A DNA stretch of 58,423 bases, filler included, from Dugesia japonica (GCA_001938525.1; 3 parts of 3 records of this genome joined end to end with filler, not necessarily neighbours in it); one strand, 5' to 3'. Counted from the whole stretch's first letter, positions 27,701-40,799 are shown. Made by a program: numbers and translations. Notes: generated from the letters alone by a model not told the origin.

Positions 27701-30573
27701 TTGTAATATGGATGGAGTTTTAAATATTTTTAAGAAATTCAAGTTTGAAATAATTTTTTTTAATTTGAAATGTTAATTTATTAAATAACATTTGTTTAAA
27801 TCATGTAAATATTTCGTTAAAATAGGTTTTGTTATTATTTACACATTTTCTGAAGTATTTTATAGATTTTTTTTGCAANGTTTTCCAATCGCAACTTTAA
27901 TTAAATATTTTAGATGTAATTTNATAAAAATGAGCTTTGAATCCTGATTCGCTAATGTGGGAACCGATAAAAAGAAAGTGATAGTTTGTGCTTAATAGAA
28001 TTTTGAAGGTTATCTTCACTATAAAGCTATTTCGAATATTTGTGTTATCAACTTCGATTTTTACTGTCAAAACGTGGGTCGAGTTTACTACAGGCATAAA
28101 GAGAAGTATTCAGAATTGGTTCGCGGCAAATGGGATCTGCTACATTAGGATAATACCAAACGTAACAAAGTACAAGATGTGGAACAGATTCGAAGAATTT
28201 GATGTGGTCAAAGTTCTTCTATATACGTCGACAGCGTATATGTTGCGCCACCTGGCTATGATCTCTTACAATGATTCAAGTTTTCTAATGAGATTATTGA
28301 TTCTAGTCATTTCAGAAAATGGAAGAAGCATGTTAAAGATTCTTTGAATCGAAGCTGATTGAATGTAATTAAATTAGAATCATATGTTTGTAGATCAGTG
28401 GCAGAAAATTGATTAACTAGGTTTAAGAATAGTGGTTATTGCTTTTATAGCCATGAAAAGATTTGTTTGAAAAATGTAATTTTACATAAAATGGTAATAA
28501 ATTAATTAAATTAACCCTGAAATCTCGGAATATTTTCAAATATCAATGCTTTAAATTCATCTAATTTTGATCCAATTAAAGTGCTGTCATTGCCACTTAA
28601 ATGTTGAAATAAATCGAAAATTTTCTAAAATATTTTACAATTAAAAATATGACGTAATCATCAAAATAAAAATTTTAAAAAACCGTTTCTTTTAATACAT
28701 ATCCATTGATGTTAGTTTTATTGCAATATTCTGTCCATTGTCTTAAAGAGATTGAGGATTTTTTGGTAAAAAGACTTAGTATTGTAACTCCGCTCAATTT
28801 AAGAGTTACTAAATTCTAAAAATAATCCAATTTTAATTCAATGAAATATTGTGTAGTTCAATTACATTTAGTCGGGAAAACGATTCTGGCAAAGTAGACA
28901 ATTTTGTATGTTCAATGGATAAATATTTCAATAAATGTAAATTTCCTATTTTATCTGGTAATGCCGTTATCAATGTATTGTTTAATTCAAGGCTATTGAG
29001 CTGCTTAAATGAACATATTATTTCAGGAAGTTCTTTAATTGGATTGCCATCAAAGCAAAGTTGTCTAAGAATTTTAATCAAATAATTACACTTTTTTTAA
29101 TAATAAATATTTCTTAAATTATTAAAATTCTCATTTATTAGCAAAAAGTATTTTAATTATAAAAATAATTGATAATATATAACAAAATTATAAAACCATA
29201 ATAACTTGAACAAAATTAAAAATAAATTTTAAAAATATCTGCTTAGTAAGAAATACCTATGTATAAAATTAAACTAAACATAATTAAATTAAAGTAAATG
29301 TAAACAAAAAACAAGTAGATTCTGCTTTCTAAAAAAAACAGATGATCTTGATGTCTTAATATTATAATTTTTTAACTTTTGATATGTATTTTAAGTCAAT
29401 GTTGATATTGGATTGGTATTTGTTAAGCCCTTTAGATTTATTTATAAACTATTTACGTGTAATATCTGTGTATCAATAGATAAACCAAATGAAAAATATA
29501 CGATGTGTAAAAATAGCCTTAAAATAGTTTATATTATTACTAGGCTTTCTTTGGACTTNNNNNNNNNNNNNNNNNNNNNNNNNNNNNNNNNNNNNNNNNN
29601 NNNNNNNNNNNNNNNNNNNNNNNNNNNNNNNNNNNNNNNNNNNNNNNNNNNNNNNNNNNNNNNNNNNNNNNNNNNNNNNNNNNNNNNNNNNNNNCTGGAC
29701 AATATTCCCCAGAAAATTATTAAATTATATTATTCTTTTCAATTGAAAATTATTTTAAATTATTATTTATATTAAAACCGAAAAAAAATTTTATAAGCAA
29801 ATTTTAATAAGCAAAATGACTCTAGGACAATTTCTCCCCGGACAAAATAATTAAAATTTTGTAGGAAGTAAAATATTTTAAATTAAAATAAAGCTTTCAA
29901 AAATCTTTTTGTTGTCTAGGGGGTTATTGTCCTAGAGTCATTTTGCTTATTAAAATTTGCTATTAAATTTTTTTTTTCGGTTTTAATATCATAAATAATT
30001 ATTTTAAATAATTTGCAATTGAAAATAATAATATAATTAAATAATTTTCCGGGGATATTGTCCTAGAACCTCTAAAAAGACAGAAACGTGATCTCTTTCA
30101 AAATTAAATAAAGTTGTGGAACGTTGAATTATTAAAACAATTATTTAATTATTTAATATCAAATTACAAGTCGATTATTAATATATATTATTAAATTATA
30201 AAATAATACAACCATTCAAAATTTTACTTCAAGCTTTCTTTTAAATGAATAATTTCTGGACCGATTTCTTCCAGTTCACAATTTGACAGAGTAAGAGAAG
30301 ATAATGTTGGCAAATTAACAATCCATGATATATTCATCATAGTTCCAAAATCAACTTCAAGTTTCCTTAGTTTTTTGCAAGTTACTAATGCGGTTTCTGC
30401 CACATTATCCATTTCACTTCGTTTGATTACGATATTTGCAATGCATCGACAATATGCACCTAGATTAGTTCTTCCCATAACATTTGATGCCGACCTATGG
30501 CTTTCACATCCGATAAATTTTTGTTCAAGCATGTCTTGGATTTTTAAAATGTCATCATCAGTCCAGGGTAACT
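24800..30573 (-). CDS. ROCO-family LRR-Roc GTPase gene, multi-exon, 3' part (COR etc.) missing beyond the assembly join
   Basis: LRR exons at ~30228-30573, ~28860-29065 and ~25510-25687. P-loop exon KTPPFEIRKQG..CYRTKLMLVGLGGAGKT (~25300-25468). Exon with G3 WDFAGQ..YYNTHQFFLT and G4 IVGTHSDK (~24934-25249). G5-like ISSLTGK at ~24800-24820. Short GT-AG introns. Confidence 0.88.
27900..28450 (+). mobile_element. Old mariner transposase remnant in a ROCO intron
   Basis: An interrupted frame reads CA**NFEGYLHY..INFDFYCQ..KEKYSELV..LLH*DN..VAPPGYDLL, resembling the mariner catalytic domain. Confidence 0.7.
29339..29558. repeat. Dispersed repeat, near-identical to 37430-37650 (non-autonomous hAT fragment)
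   Basis: Shared CAGATGATCTTGATGTC...TTTGGACTT; ORFs 29413 and 37505 translate almost identically. Confidence 0.85.
29695..30070. mobile_element. Foldback/MITE with ~150-bp inverted arms
   Basis: GGACAATATTCCCCAGAAAATTAT...AAGCAAAATGACTCTAGGACAAT is mirrored by ATTGTCCTAGAGTCATTTTGCTT...ATAATTTTCCGGGGATATTGTCC. Confidence 0.8.
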
Positions 30574-31694
30574 AAATAAAGTTTGTATAGAATTAATGAT
30601 TTGTTTAAATAAACCAAAATTTGTTAAAAACAATCTTTCAATGATTAAAGATTGTAAAATGGAGAACAATTTCTTTAATCCGAAATATATTAGTCCAAAA
30701 CTCTAATCATTTGAAACAATAAAAAAAGGAAAGTTCTGTTACAAGAATTGTGGCACTAAATTAATCGTACGAAAAAACTTTAATTCTGAAGCAGAAACAC
30801 AGTACTAAGGTCACATCGATTCTCAATTTAGTTTATTTTAAAATATAATTCCTAACATATATACATACTATTTGACCAATATTAAAGGTTGTGCGTTAAT
30901 TAACTTTTCTACTGCGTTAATGATTTTATCAATTGATCTAGGATAAGAGTTTATATCCAATAAATTAATTAATTAGTCTCATAAATGAAAATAAATAATA
31001 AAAATAATTTAAAATATTTAAAAAAATCACTAATAATTTGAGATTAAAAGAAGATATTGTTATCAAGAAACAGAGTATTGGCAAAAGAAATCTTTACTTC
31101 ATCATAGCCTCTTTTAAAATTTGTAAACTTTGATTGAAAATCAAATTTATATGAATTTCATCCAGATTACTAGCGTACGTTTCTTTGTGCTCTGTTACAA
31201 AATAAATGTGTTTAATTCATTTGTGTTCACTATACTCATTTAAATACACTTTAGAAATTTGAGAATAGAGCGACATATAATGGGCATACATTAAAATGAT
31301 TGTTTTATAGCGTAATTTGACCTTTTGGAAGTTTGTAATCATAACGTATACGAATATTAAACTAATTTATTTTTGCAATTCTTTAATTATTTTTATCTGT
31401 CTTTTTGACATGTGCTTTAGGACTTTTATAATTTCTTTATATTCTTAGTTGGTTTAAAGTTTTCAACTACTGCTTTACCCCAAAAACATACACATGCGTG
31501 AAAAAATGTGAAAAATCAATATATTTTGTAGAGTTAAAATAAACATAACTATGTTGATAGATCATTTAAACTTATTTTCAACTTAAAATAAAATAAAGGT
31601 TAATTAAAAGAAATTTATTATTATTATTAATAATAATATAATAAACCTATTAAATATATTTAATAAAAAATATATTACATTAATGAAAAATAAC

Positions 31695-31900
31695 CTGCAT
31701 TAATTCATCGTTTTCTTCATATAATTTAGCCAATGTAGCTTTTTTAATTATAACTTTTTTATTTTTTTTATTCTAAACAAAATATACAATTATTATCAAA
31801 AACCAAAAAAAAAATTTTGATCTTAAAAAATATATAAATTAATTTAACAAAAAAATAATTAATAATAATAATAATAATAAAAATAATAATAATAATAATG

Positions 31901-31933
<33 letters not shown>

Positions 31934-32201
31934 NNNNNNNNNNNNNNNNNNNNNNNNNNNNNNNNNNNNNNNNNNNNNNNNNNAATAATAATACTTTTTG
32001 TTTTCTTGGAGTGAGACCACCTTCATTATCTCTATCAAAAGACAGAATATTATTACTATAGATGCTAATTTTAGCTACAATATCAAACAAAATAATATCT
32101 CTATAAACTTTGCTGATATTAGTAATAGCATCTCTTAACAAATCTTTATTTATATCAGGATCAATCTCCGGAAAACACTGGTCAATATTTTGATAAATTG
32201 C
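31695..32201 (-). CDS. Two probable upstream exons of the ROCO gene (32201-~31995; ~31772-31695)
   Basis: AG/GT-bounded, phase-0 open exons AIYQNIDQCFPEIDPD..GGLTPRKQK and NKKNKKVIIKKATLAKLYEENDELMQ. Same strand, just upstream of the LRR exons; linkage not proven. Confidence 0.55.
31855..31992. repeat. (AAT)n microsatellite spanning a gap
   Basis: Seen directly. Confidence 0.95.
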
Positions 32202-32560
32202 CTAAAATAATTATGACAAAATAATAACTTTGAAATAATATTACATCGAACACTTATTAATAAATGTGATTAACTTATGAAAGAAGATCTACTATTCCTG
32301 GAACTTAAATACTAATTACTAATTACTAATATAAATTACTAATATATACATATATAATATATATGCATATATTAGTAATTTATATCAGTAATTATTAATT
32401 AGTATATATATTGGAGAATAATTATCTGAAAAGCATTGATAATTAAATGCAAAAATCCAAAAATATATTTTCAGACTGATTTTTATAAATCTTTATTAGA
32501 CAAAGTTTTAAAATTACGATTAAAGATTTTTTAAAGATACTTATAAAATTTTTTAACATA

Positions 32561-33590
32561 TTAGATTGTCCCAAAAATTCCGTTGCAGCTGCGAAAATTT
32601 CAATTTAATGTATTATTATACTTTGTTTCAAATGTAATTATGTTTGAATGCTTTATTCACATCAACCTTAATCGCTAATTAATCGAAAACTAATCGTTGT
32701 AAGGATAACAACTATAATATAATATAGACGATGGAGAATTGCAACTTCTTTAGAATCCAAACCATCGTGAAGCTCTCGTGATTTAAAATCTAAACTTGGG
32801 CCTGCCTAATCAACGATTAATCAGCATTTTCAGCAACCTGATTATTCCCACAAGAAGCAGCGTTAGTATCCACACGACCTCATTGAAACAAAAGCAGTCA
32901 AAATAGTAGAAGTATGTAGTCAACTGCTCAGACAACCTACTCAGGGAACGGGATGTGATCTCGAATGAGACGCAGGTCTTTCCAGCTAATCAATCGAAAT
33001 AAGTTCCTCTTTCCATAAAGTCAAAATTGATTTGGCAAAAAAATAATAATTTGTGTAAGATGGAACTTTGAAGGCGTTTTGCACTTCAAACTAGTTCCGA
33101 ATAGTCGTGTTATCAATGTTGAACTCTGTTGTCAGCAACTTGGTCATGTTTACAACAAGTTATTTGAGAAGTATCAGGCTCTAATCCATTAGACAAGCGC
33201 CTTGTTTTACCATGACAACGCAAAGCCATAAACTGCTAAGAAGATTAAGGAGAAATTTGAAAGATTAGACAGTGTCGAGGTTTAACAACATCCCCCATTC
33301 AGCCTGGATGTTGCACGATCTGACTACTGGCTTTTCAGATTTATACAGCACTTCCTGAATGGTTGACGAATATAATCATTTGATAAAGTCAAAGAGGCGT
33401 GACAACAGTTCTTTCAATCGAAGAACTCAAATTGGTATTTTGAACTGATTCGGAAACTTGTAGACCAATGGCAGAAAGTGGTGCATAATGATGGACTGGA
33501 CTTTGAATATTTGTTAATGTTTTTAAATTCAATGAAATATTCTTTTTGTATTTTTTACGCATCTGTAACAGAATTTTTAGGATAATCTAA
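32561..33590 (+). mobile_element. Mariner transposon, internally deleted and decayed, with both TIRs and TA target duplication
   Basis: Left TIR TTAGATTGTCCCAAAAATTCCGTTGCAGCTGCG vs right revcomp TTAGATTATCCTAAAAATTCTGTTACAGATGCG; TA on both sides. HDNAKP and HPPFSLDVARSDYWLF motifs. Confidence 0.92.
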
Positions 33591-34041
33591 TATATTGTGA
33601 GATTGGTTTAAAACTGAATTGAATTATTTCCCATTTCAGCTGAAATCTTTTTGAAATTAATTTGAAAATAATTTAAATTAAATTAATAAAATATATGTGT
33701 AAAAAATATAGATTTTTTTTGAATTTTTGAAAATCAAATTTTCTAAAAGCAAACTTCAACGACACTTATACGGATATTTATGTGTAATTGAGATAATTTT
33801 CATATAGATCCTTAAAGAAAAAGGTTTTGTGTAAGAACATAAGAAAAATAGCTAAATTAAACGCAAAAATTTTATTTAATCTTATGCTTTTTTATTTTAG
33901 TTTAAAAAAACATTTTTTTATATTTTCCGATTATTTTGTAAAACTTCAAACATAATTCTTATGATTATTAGCATTTTGTAATACAGCTCGCTGAAAAATA
34001 AGTACAAAAAGAAAATATTATCTTTGTAATTATTATAAAAA

Positions 34042-34290
34042 TTAAATGTTAGTAAAATAGAAATAATAAGTACATAATTGTGTGTGGAATTCAGTTTCAT
34101 TTATAATAACAACTTCATTGCATGCGCATGGTTTCCCCTTTTTATTCATCAAATAAGATGATACATGTGTTGATTCATCGGCCAATAATGTTTCACTAAA
34201 ACTTAATAAATTTTGTTTCGTTGGACATAAATTGTTGGTACAATCATGATTTGTATTCGTGTTATCAGTCATTAATGATTGTCCGTAGGA
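34042..34290 (-). CDS. Possible exon (Cys/Asn-rich) of the ROCO gene or a neighbouring gene
   Basis: Open frame MTDNTNTNHDCTNNLCPTKQ..KPCACNEVV with coding-like composition; splice sites unresolved. Confidence 0.35.
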   Translation of the reverse strand, partial: SYGQSLMTDNTNTNHDCTNNLCPTKQNLLSFSETLLADESTHVSSYLMNKKGKPCACNEVVIINETEFHTQLCTYYFYFTNI

Positions 34291-34660
34291 TAAAATACAT
34301 ACTTACCAATGGCTGAAAAATTCTAATTCATATTATTGATTTAAAATAAAGTATTTTACAATTGCAATTATTGCGAGAATAATTGTTGGACATAACCATT
34401 GATCGTTTTACAGAATTCATTTAAAATAAAATCTTTGATCAAAATTTTTGATTTATTTATTGATATTTGATAACAATTCGATATTTTGATCTTGTTATCA
34501 AATATCAATAAAAAATAACAAAAATTTTGATCGAAGCTTTTATTTTAAATTAAAACAAAGTAATACAAACTCAGATGTTTATAAATGGGAAGCTAAAATA
34601 CAATTCAAATTCCAATTAATATTAAAAGAATAATAACACAAACGGATTGAAGCCTTAGCT

Positions 34661-34967
34661 CAGTGTCTCGCAAATTATTTAGTCTGCGGCACACCAAAAA
34701 ATATTTTTTGCCCGAGGCACACCAAATTTCTTTTTTCATTCATTCCTTTTTAAATACTTGTCATTCTATATATTATACACTGTATATTACCAAAACAATT
34801 CTAGAATTTGTTTAGATTCTAGAAGAAAATTTATATTTTTATGTGCCGCAGCTTAAAAAAGTTTGCGATACACAGTTCTAGATGCTACATTCTAGAATTT
34901 TATTAAAATTTAAAAATTCTTTCGGCACACTTGGATTTCATCGCGGCACACAGTCTGTGAGACACTG
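34661..34967. mobile_element. hAT-type MITE (307 bp)
   Basis: TIRs CAGTGTCTCGCA / TGTGAGACACTG; internal (C)GGCACAC subterminal repeats; 8-bp flanks CCTTAGCT / ACCTAGTT with central TA. Confidence 0.85.
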
Positions 34968-35644
34968 ACCTAGTTGAAAGAAAAATTTACTTTACAGCTG
35001 AATGAAATTAAAAGAAAGACTAATGTCATAGAGAAAGTTTTTGAGATTTTAATTAATTAATTAATAGCTTTAATTAATAGCTTTATTTCGGTTAATTTTA
35101 AAAATGGTTTAATTTTTAAGTATTTAAAAATGTAAAATAAATGAGATAAAATATTTAGAATAAAATTTTAAGATTAAAAGTTGATAAAATTGAAATTAAT
35201 TTAAAAGTAAAAATTGAGTCTCAAATTAATTAATTGGTTTGTAAAAAAAATTTAAATCTTTATCTTTTAATTTTAATAAATACTTTATGGATGTAAAAAA
35301 TCTTAAATTAAACGGTGAGCGCCTTAGACGAACCTAACAAAATATAAATAGCAAAATATTTATTAGGTTAAACGTTCATCGACGCTAAACAATTAAAGTC
35401 TAACAGATTAATCACATCTATAACATTTATTCAAACATAAATCTAAATAAACATCAACTCTCATTTAAACAAATTTAATTTCTTTTTATTTTTCAATTTT
35501 ATATTTTCAAAATATTTATTATAATTTTTATAATTTCAATTTCATGTCTCTTTTATTTAAAAAATTTTCAAACTTTCCAGATCTTTTCATTACTAATTAA
35601 TTAAAAATTATGAAAAAAATTAGAAAACAAAATTAAAATGACTC

Positions 35645-35783
35645 ACAGAAAATGAGGTAGAAAAATTTTTTATAATTATAAAAACGTCCACAATAAAATC
35701 TCCTTGAAAATAATATTTAGCTTCTCCTTCATTCATATGATAAGGAGCTTCATTCATTGGATGAGTATCTCTGATATAATTTC
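35645..35783 (-). CDS. Possible exon (GNYIRDTHPMNEAPYHMNEGEAKYYFQGDF..)
   Basis: AG...GTGAGT-bounded open segment in AT-rich intron-like flanks. Confidence 0.45.
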
Positions 35784-36129
35784 CTATAAGATACAAAGAT
35801 ATAAATTATAAAAATTAATTTTACATATTGCAATTATATATGAATTTAATGGAAATGAAAATTGTTTTTTAATTAATTTAAAAATAAATGTTAGTTTTTC
35901 TATTTTCAATAAAATTTTAAGGATCCATAAAATACTAGGCAATTAATTATTAAAAAAAATTCTGCAAAAGAATGGGAAGAGAGAAATTATACACGTGTTA
36001 AAATATTATTTAAAACTTTTAAAATTATCTAATTAAAAGTCGTATAAAATGTGTCTTAAAAGTAGTGAGACTTAGGTGAAATGATACATATCATAAATTT
36101 TTTAGCATAATTAAATAATGCATATAAAG

Positions 36130-37264
36130 TATTTGAAAGATGTTTTATGGATTTATGTGCACTATTTCAGACTACAATAACTGAAAAGAAATACATTTTT
36201 GGTATAATTGATCAATTTAATAAATATACTATTTCAAAGGTTATGACATCACAAGATGATAAAACCATTACGAAATTACTTTTAAATGAATGGATTTTAA
36301 AATTTGGGACCCCGAAAACAATTCATGTAGATAGAGGAAAAGCTTTCGAATCAAATTTATTACNTAATTTGTCAGAAAGACTTCATTTCAATATTATTTA
36401 TTGAAGTCCCTATCATCGCCAAGCCAATGAACAAAAAGAAATACAATTTCGTACAAAAGGAGATTGACTGTCTGTAATTTAAAAGATCAATCACATAAAA
36501 ATTAGGAAGATGCGCTCCAACGTATAGAATTTGCTTTGAATGAGACAACACAGAAAAGTATAAGATTTAGCCCAGCAGAACTTGTTTTTGTCAAAAAAGA
36601 CAAACAAAGAAATATTTATCCATAAAACTTAATCTTGCGAACGTCCATTGATACATATTAAATTGTTGAATGATGTTCGGTGCGAACGAAAGGAAAGTTA
36701 TTAATAATGCTAATATGATTAACTATAACAATAGTGATAAAAGAATCAATATACATTTCAAAATTGGTGGTAGTGTCCATGTAAAACTAGACATAAGAGA
36801 TAAACAGGATATATGAAGGGCCTTATAAAATTATACATGAAATACACAACAATATCCTTAAATTGAGGAATTCTAAGGGTAAAGAGATAGTTCGAAATAG
36901 AGAATGAATAAAGCCATTTAAAACTAGGTGGTGTGAAATGATTACACAATCATCTCTAATTGCCAGTATAAATAAATTATGTATGATTACATGTGTGTAT
37001 GATAAGGGATGCTGTTTTATTTGTTTGAGTCCGACAAAATTATTTCTTAGATTTTTTCCCAGACTGCTGGCTTCTAGGACAATCTACTCTAAATTACATG
37101 TTCCCAAACTTATTTGGTTTAATGTCTCTTTTTTGGGGATGGTGCTGATGTGCTTTTAGTAACTTTTATATATCCGGATACATTTTTGTCAGCATCATTC
37201 TCAAATCTCCATGTTCAACTATTTGCAAGCGATTTTTTTTGTAGATAAAAGACTTGTGACCACA
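36130..37264 (+). mobile_element. Gypsy integrase remnant with probable PPT and 3' LTR
   Basis: MDLC..IIDQFNKY..EWILKFGTPKTIHVDRGKAFES..SPYHRQAN; GPY motif near 36820. LTR-like tract ~36932-37264 ends in CACA. Confidence 0.82.
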
Positions 37265-37429
37265 GTAAATCTAAGTTTTACTAACTATGATGATGGGAAT
37301 GCAATAAAAAATTTTATTGCAACAGACCACCATTATGGTAAATGATGAAATATACATATCTTTAGCATGGATATATTTATTATTATTTCTATATTAGAAG
37401 CAAAAAAACATTTAAAACGTCTGAGTAGA

Positions 37430-37728
37430 ACAGATGATCTTGATGTCTTAATATTATAATTTTTTAAATTTTGATATGTATTTTAAGTCAATGTCGATAT
37501 TGAATTGGTATTTGTTAAGCCCTTTAGATTTATTTATAAACTATTTACGTGTAATAACTGTGTATCAATAGATAACCCAAATGAAAAATATACGATGTGT
37601 AAAAATAGCCTTAAAATAGTTTATATTATTACTAGGCTTTCTTTGGACTTTCAGGGACATCCACCAGGGCTCCCTTTATTCTCTCCAATACCGCCAGGAG
37701 GAAGTGTACCACAGTTTGGGAATCTATG
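37430..37728. mobile_element. Non-autonomous hAT end fragment with TIR
   Basis: Ends CAGTTTGGGAATCTATG (revcomp CATAGATTCCCAAAC), followed by the target-like CTCTAAAT; second copy at 29339. Confidence 0.75.
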
Positions 37729-38684
37729 CTCTAAATTCTTGAATAATTTCCACCTCTTTATTTATTGAAAATTTTTCAAAAAAATATAATTACCTATTCC
37801 TTGAATAGGAATTTAAATTAACTCCAACTCATTTAAATGTTTATTTATTTTCTATTAAAAGTGTAACGGGGCACCAAAATTTGTAAGTGCTTAGGACTTT
37901 ACAAAGTGTTAATCTTGTCCCGTGTAATCATTTATTATGCATGCATTTATTATATTATCAGTAATGCAAATTGACAGAAATAAACAAAAATTATATTTAA
38001 AAAGAAACTTGGCAACTGCCAAATATTTTAGATTTGTAGAAATTGAAATAATATTTGAAAAATTACAAACACTAAAAATATTCTTTTTTTACAATTCAAA
38101 TCAGTTTTAAAATATTTATCCAACCAAAATGAAAAGAAAGAATCCCACAATTTAAATTCAAATTAAAGAGATAGAAAACAGAAGTAGAAAAATTCTTTTA
38201 TTGTTAATCAATTAAGTTAACTTGTTAAATTTTTGTTATTTTTATTTTATTTTTTTAATTTACTAATTTTTCTAATTAATATTAGTTATAGAACAAGCAC
38301 CCCAGTTGTCACCACAAATTTTGATGGACTCCGTTGGGGCCAATAATTTCTTCTATAAAAAGAATTGATTAATTAATATTTACAACCCAAATTTAGATAA
38401 TACAAGAAATAAGATTACAATATAGAAATTTACAACTATATTATTCCTGTTGGTTAAAATAAATATAATTAATTGTTACTTAATTTTATAAATATATTAA
38501 TGATATTTTAATAATTATTATAATAATTATTAATTATTATTAATTATAATTAATTAATTACTTCATTATAATTATATTGATCAATAATTAACAAATTAAA
38601 TTAATTTTACAATTGCAATTATTGCGAGAATAATTCTTGGACGTAGCCATTGATCGTTTTATAGAATTCATTTAAAATAAAAGT

Positions 38685-38721
38685 CAATTCCTAAAGAAGA
38701 CTAAGTCGAAATATCGAATTG
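38685..38721 (+). ncRNA. Minimal type I hammerhead ribozyme motif (Penelope-like), core G5>A mutated
   Basis: CAATTC-CTAAAGA-A-GAC TAA GTC-GAA-ATAT-C-GAATTG: 6-bp helix I, 3-bp helix II, palindromic ATAT helix III. Confidence 0.6.
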
Positions 38722-39042
38722 TTATCAAATATCAATAAAAAAAACAAAAATTTTGATCGAAGCTTTTATTTTAAATAAATTAATTAATAATTATAATTAG
38801 TGAATTAATTAATTTAAAAAATCTTAATTTAATATAATTTTCAATTTTTTTTTTCGTAATTATTTGTTAGAAATAAATACGGGAAGACCCTTTAGATTGC
38901 TTGCATAAAACATAAATAATAATCTGTGGGCTACTATAGTGGTTTTGAAGGAATTCAATTCTAATTTATTCCTCTTTATAAGCATTATAATTATATTTTT
39001 TCCTTTTAAAAATAATATATTTTATATATTTTTGTTATTTTA

Positions 39043-39610
39043 TTATTCCAATATTACCAAGTTAGACATGAAAATTTCAATATAAATTATGGAATGAAAC
39101 TTACTCCATAAACTTCCCGGACAAAGTCTGTGTAATGCGTGATTCTGATTGTGACTAATCACATTTCGTTGGGGCATTAATAATTGAATTGGAGTCAATG
39201 GATGAGGTAGTGGCAGAAAAGAAGTTAATGTTCGATTAGACAATGGCTTATTGAAAAACATTAATTTCAAAATCTTTGAAGGACAAAAAACATTGGTAGT
39301 ACATTCCCGGGATTCATCCCCGAACATTGATAACGGTGCATAGGCTGGCTAAAATAAGTGTATTAATTAATAAAATAAGTTATATTAAAAAGTAATAAAC
39401 AAAAAAGTATTTCTTTGAAAACAAATATGATTCAAAAAGTTATCATTGTCAAACGTTTTTTTTTTTGAAATATTTATTTTCTTTATATTTTTATGGAAAT
39501 TTATTTTACCTTGTCAACCAGTCTGGGAAATAATCCGAATGGAACTGCTGTAAATTCAGAATACTGGCTAAATATCTTATACCAACTGTCAGCCAAAGCT
39601 TTTTGATTTT
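39043..39610 (-). CDS. Two probable exons (~39610-39511; ~39349-39058) of unknown assignment
   Basis: Splice-bounded open segments ..QKALADSWYKIFSQYSEFTAVPFGLFPRLVDK and PAYAPLSMFGDESRECTTNVFCPSK..; no family recognised. Confidence 0.5.
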
Positions 39611-40799
39611 CTAAAAATTACGAAGTAATATTCATTAATGTCACAACAGATTCAAAGAGCAGGAATAAATTCTACATAAATATTCCAATTAAATAACTAT
39701 TCTATATTAAATAATCATTAATGAAAACTAAAACATAACTTTTAATCAAATTATTTTTATTATAACTGTGTTGAAATAACACTGGGTTGAATTATTTTCA
39801 TGAGTAATAAATAATGTTTACATAAGAGACTCTCCGTTAATTATGTCAACAATTTTCATAAACAAAAATTTTTATAAACAAATGTCAAACTTTCAGTGAT
39901 CCTCCTTCTAAAAAAATATATAAACAAATGTTTACCTCTACCCAAAAAATTAACAATATTTCAACTAACTTTATTGATTTATTATATTTAGCGTAAAACA
40001 TGGTTGACATCAATTTATCTTGGACACCCTTCTCCATTGTTAACAATTGTTAAACTTCTTTAAATCTCCTTACTCTGATTTTGTTGGCATAATTAATGGG
40101 CAACCCCTAAGTAAGAATTACTCAAAATTTTAAATGATTAAATAGTAATTCTATAAGTGAGNTATACCTAACTCAGATTCTAATGAACCTTCTTTTATCA
40201 GGATTTACAAATATAAATATAAATACGGATTTATACATCGAAGTTATATACGCAAATTTGATTTTAATCAAATATTTATTTAAACCAAAATAACAATCAA
40301 TAAAAAACCATAAATACTATTATTTAACATTTACAATTACGAAAATTTTAAAACTTATAACGAGGATAAAGTTGAAAGACTTTTAAAAATACAAACTATC
40401 GAGAATACTAACAAGAAAGCAATTTCACAAACTCCATTTAAGTCATCTTTATTAAATGTTTCAATTCAAATGCATATCAGTTTTAATAAAATCAATAAGA
40501 ATTTAAAAAATACTTTTTAAATTCGTCATTTTTTATTCTACTGATTTGCACTTATAGTATTAATATAATTTACAAAAAAAAGATCATAAAATACTTTAAG
40601 TAATTTTCACAATAAAATAAAATATAAATTAACAAAATTTGTTTACTTAAATATTTAAAGAAAAATTTANTATTGAAACANATTTTTTTAATATTTTAAT
40701 TTATAATTAATTAATATTTTACATATTTCTAGAATGTATTGTAAATGTTTGTCAGTATGTTTAGCGATACTAAACTCTCCGAGTGTTTTAACGATTTGT

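Noticed and set aside
27988-28347. 119-aa ORF as a novel gene
   Set aside because: An alternative frame over a mariner remnant.
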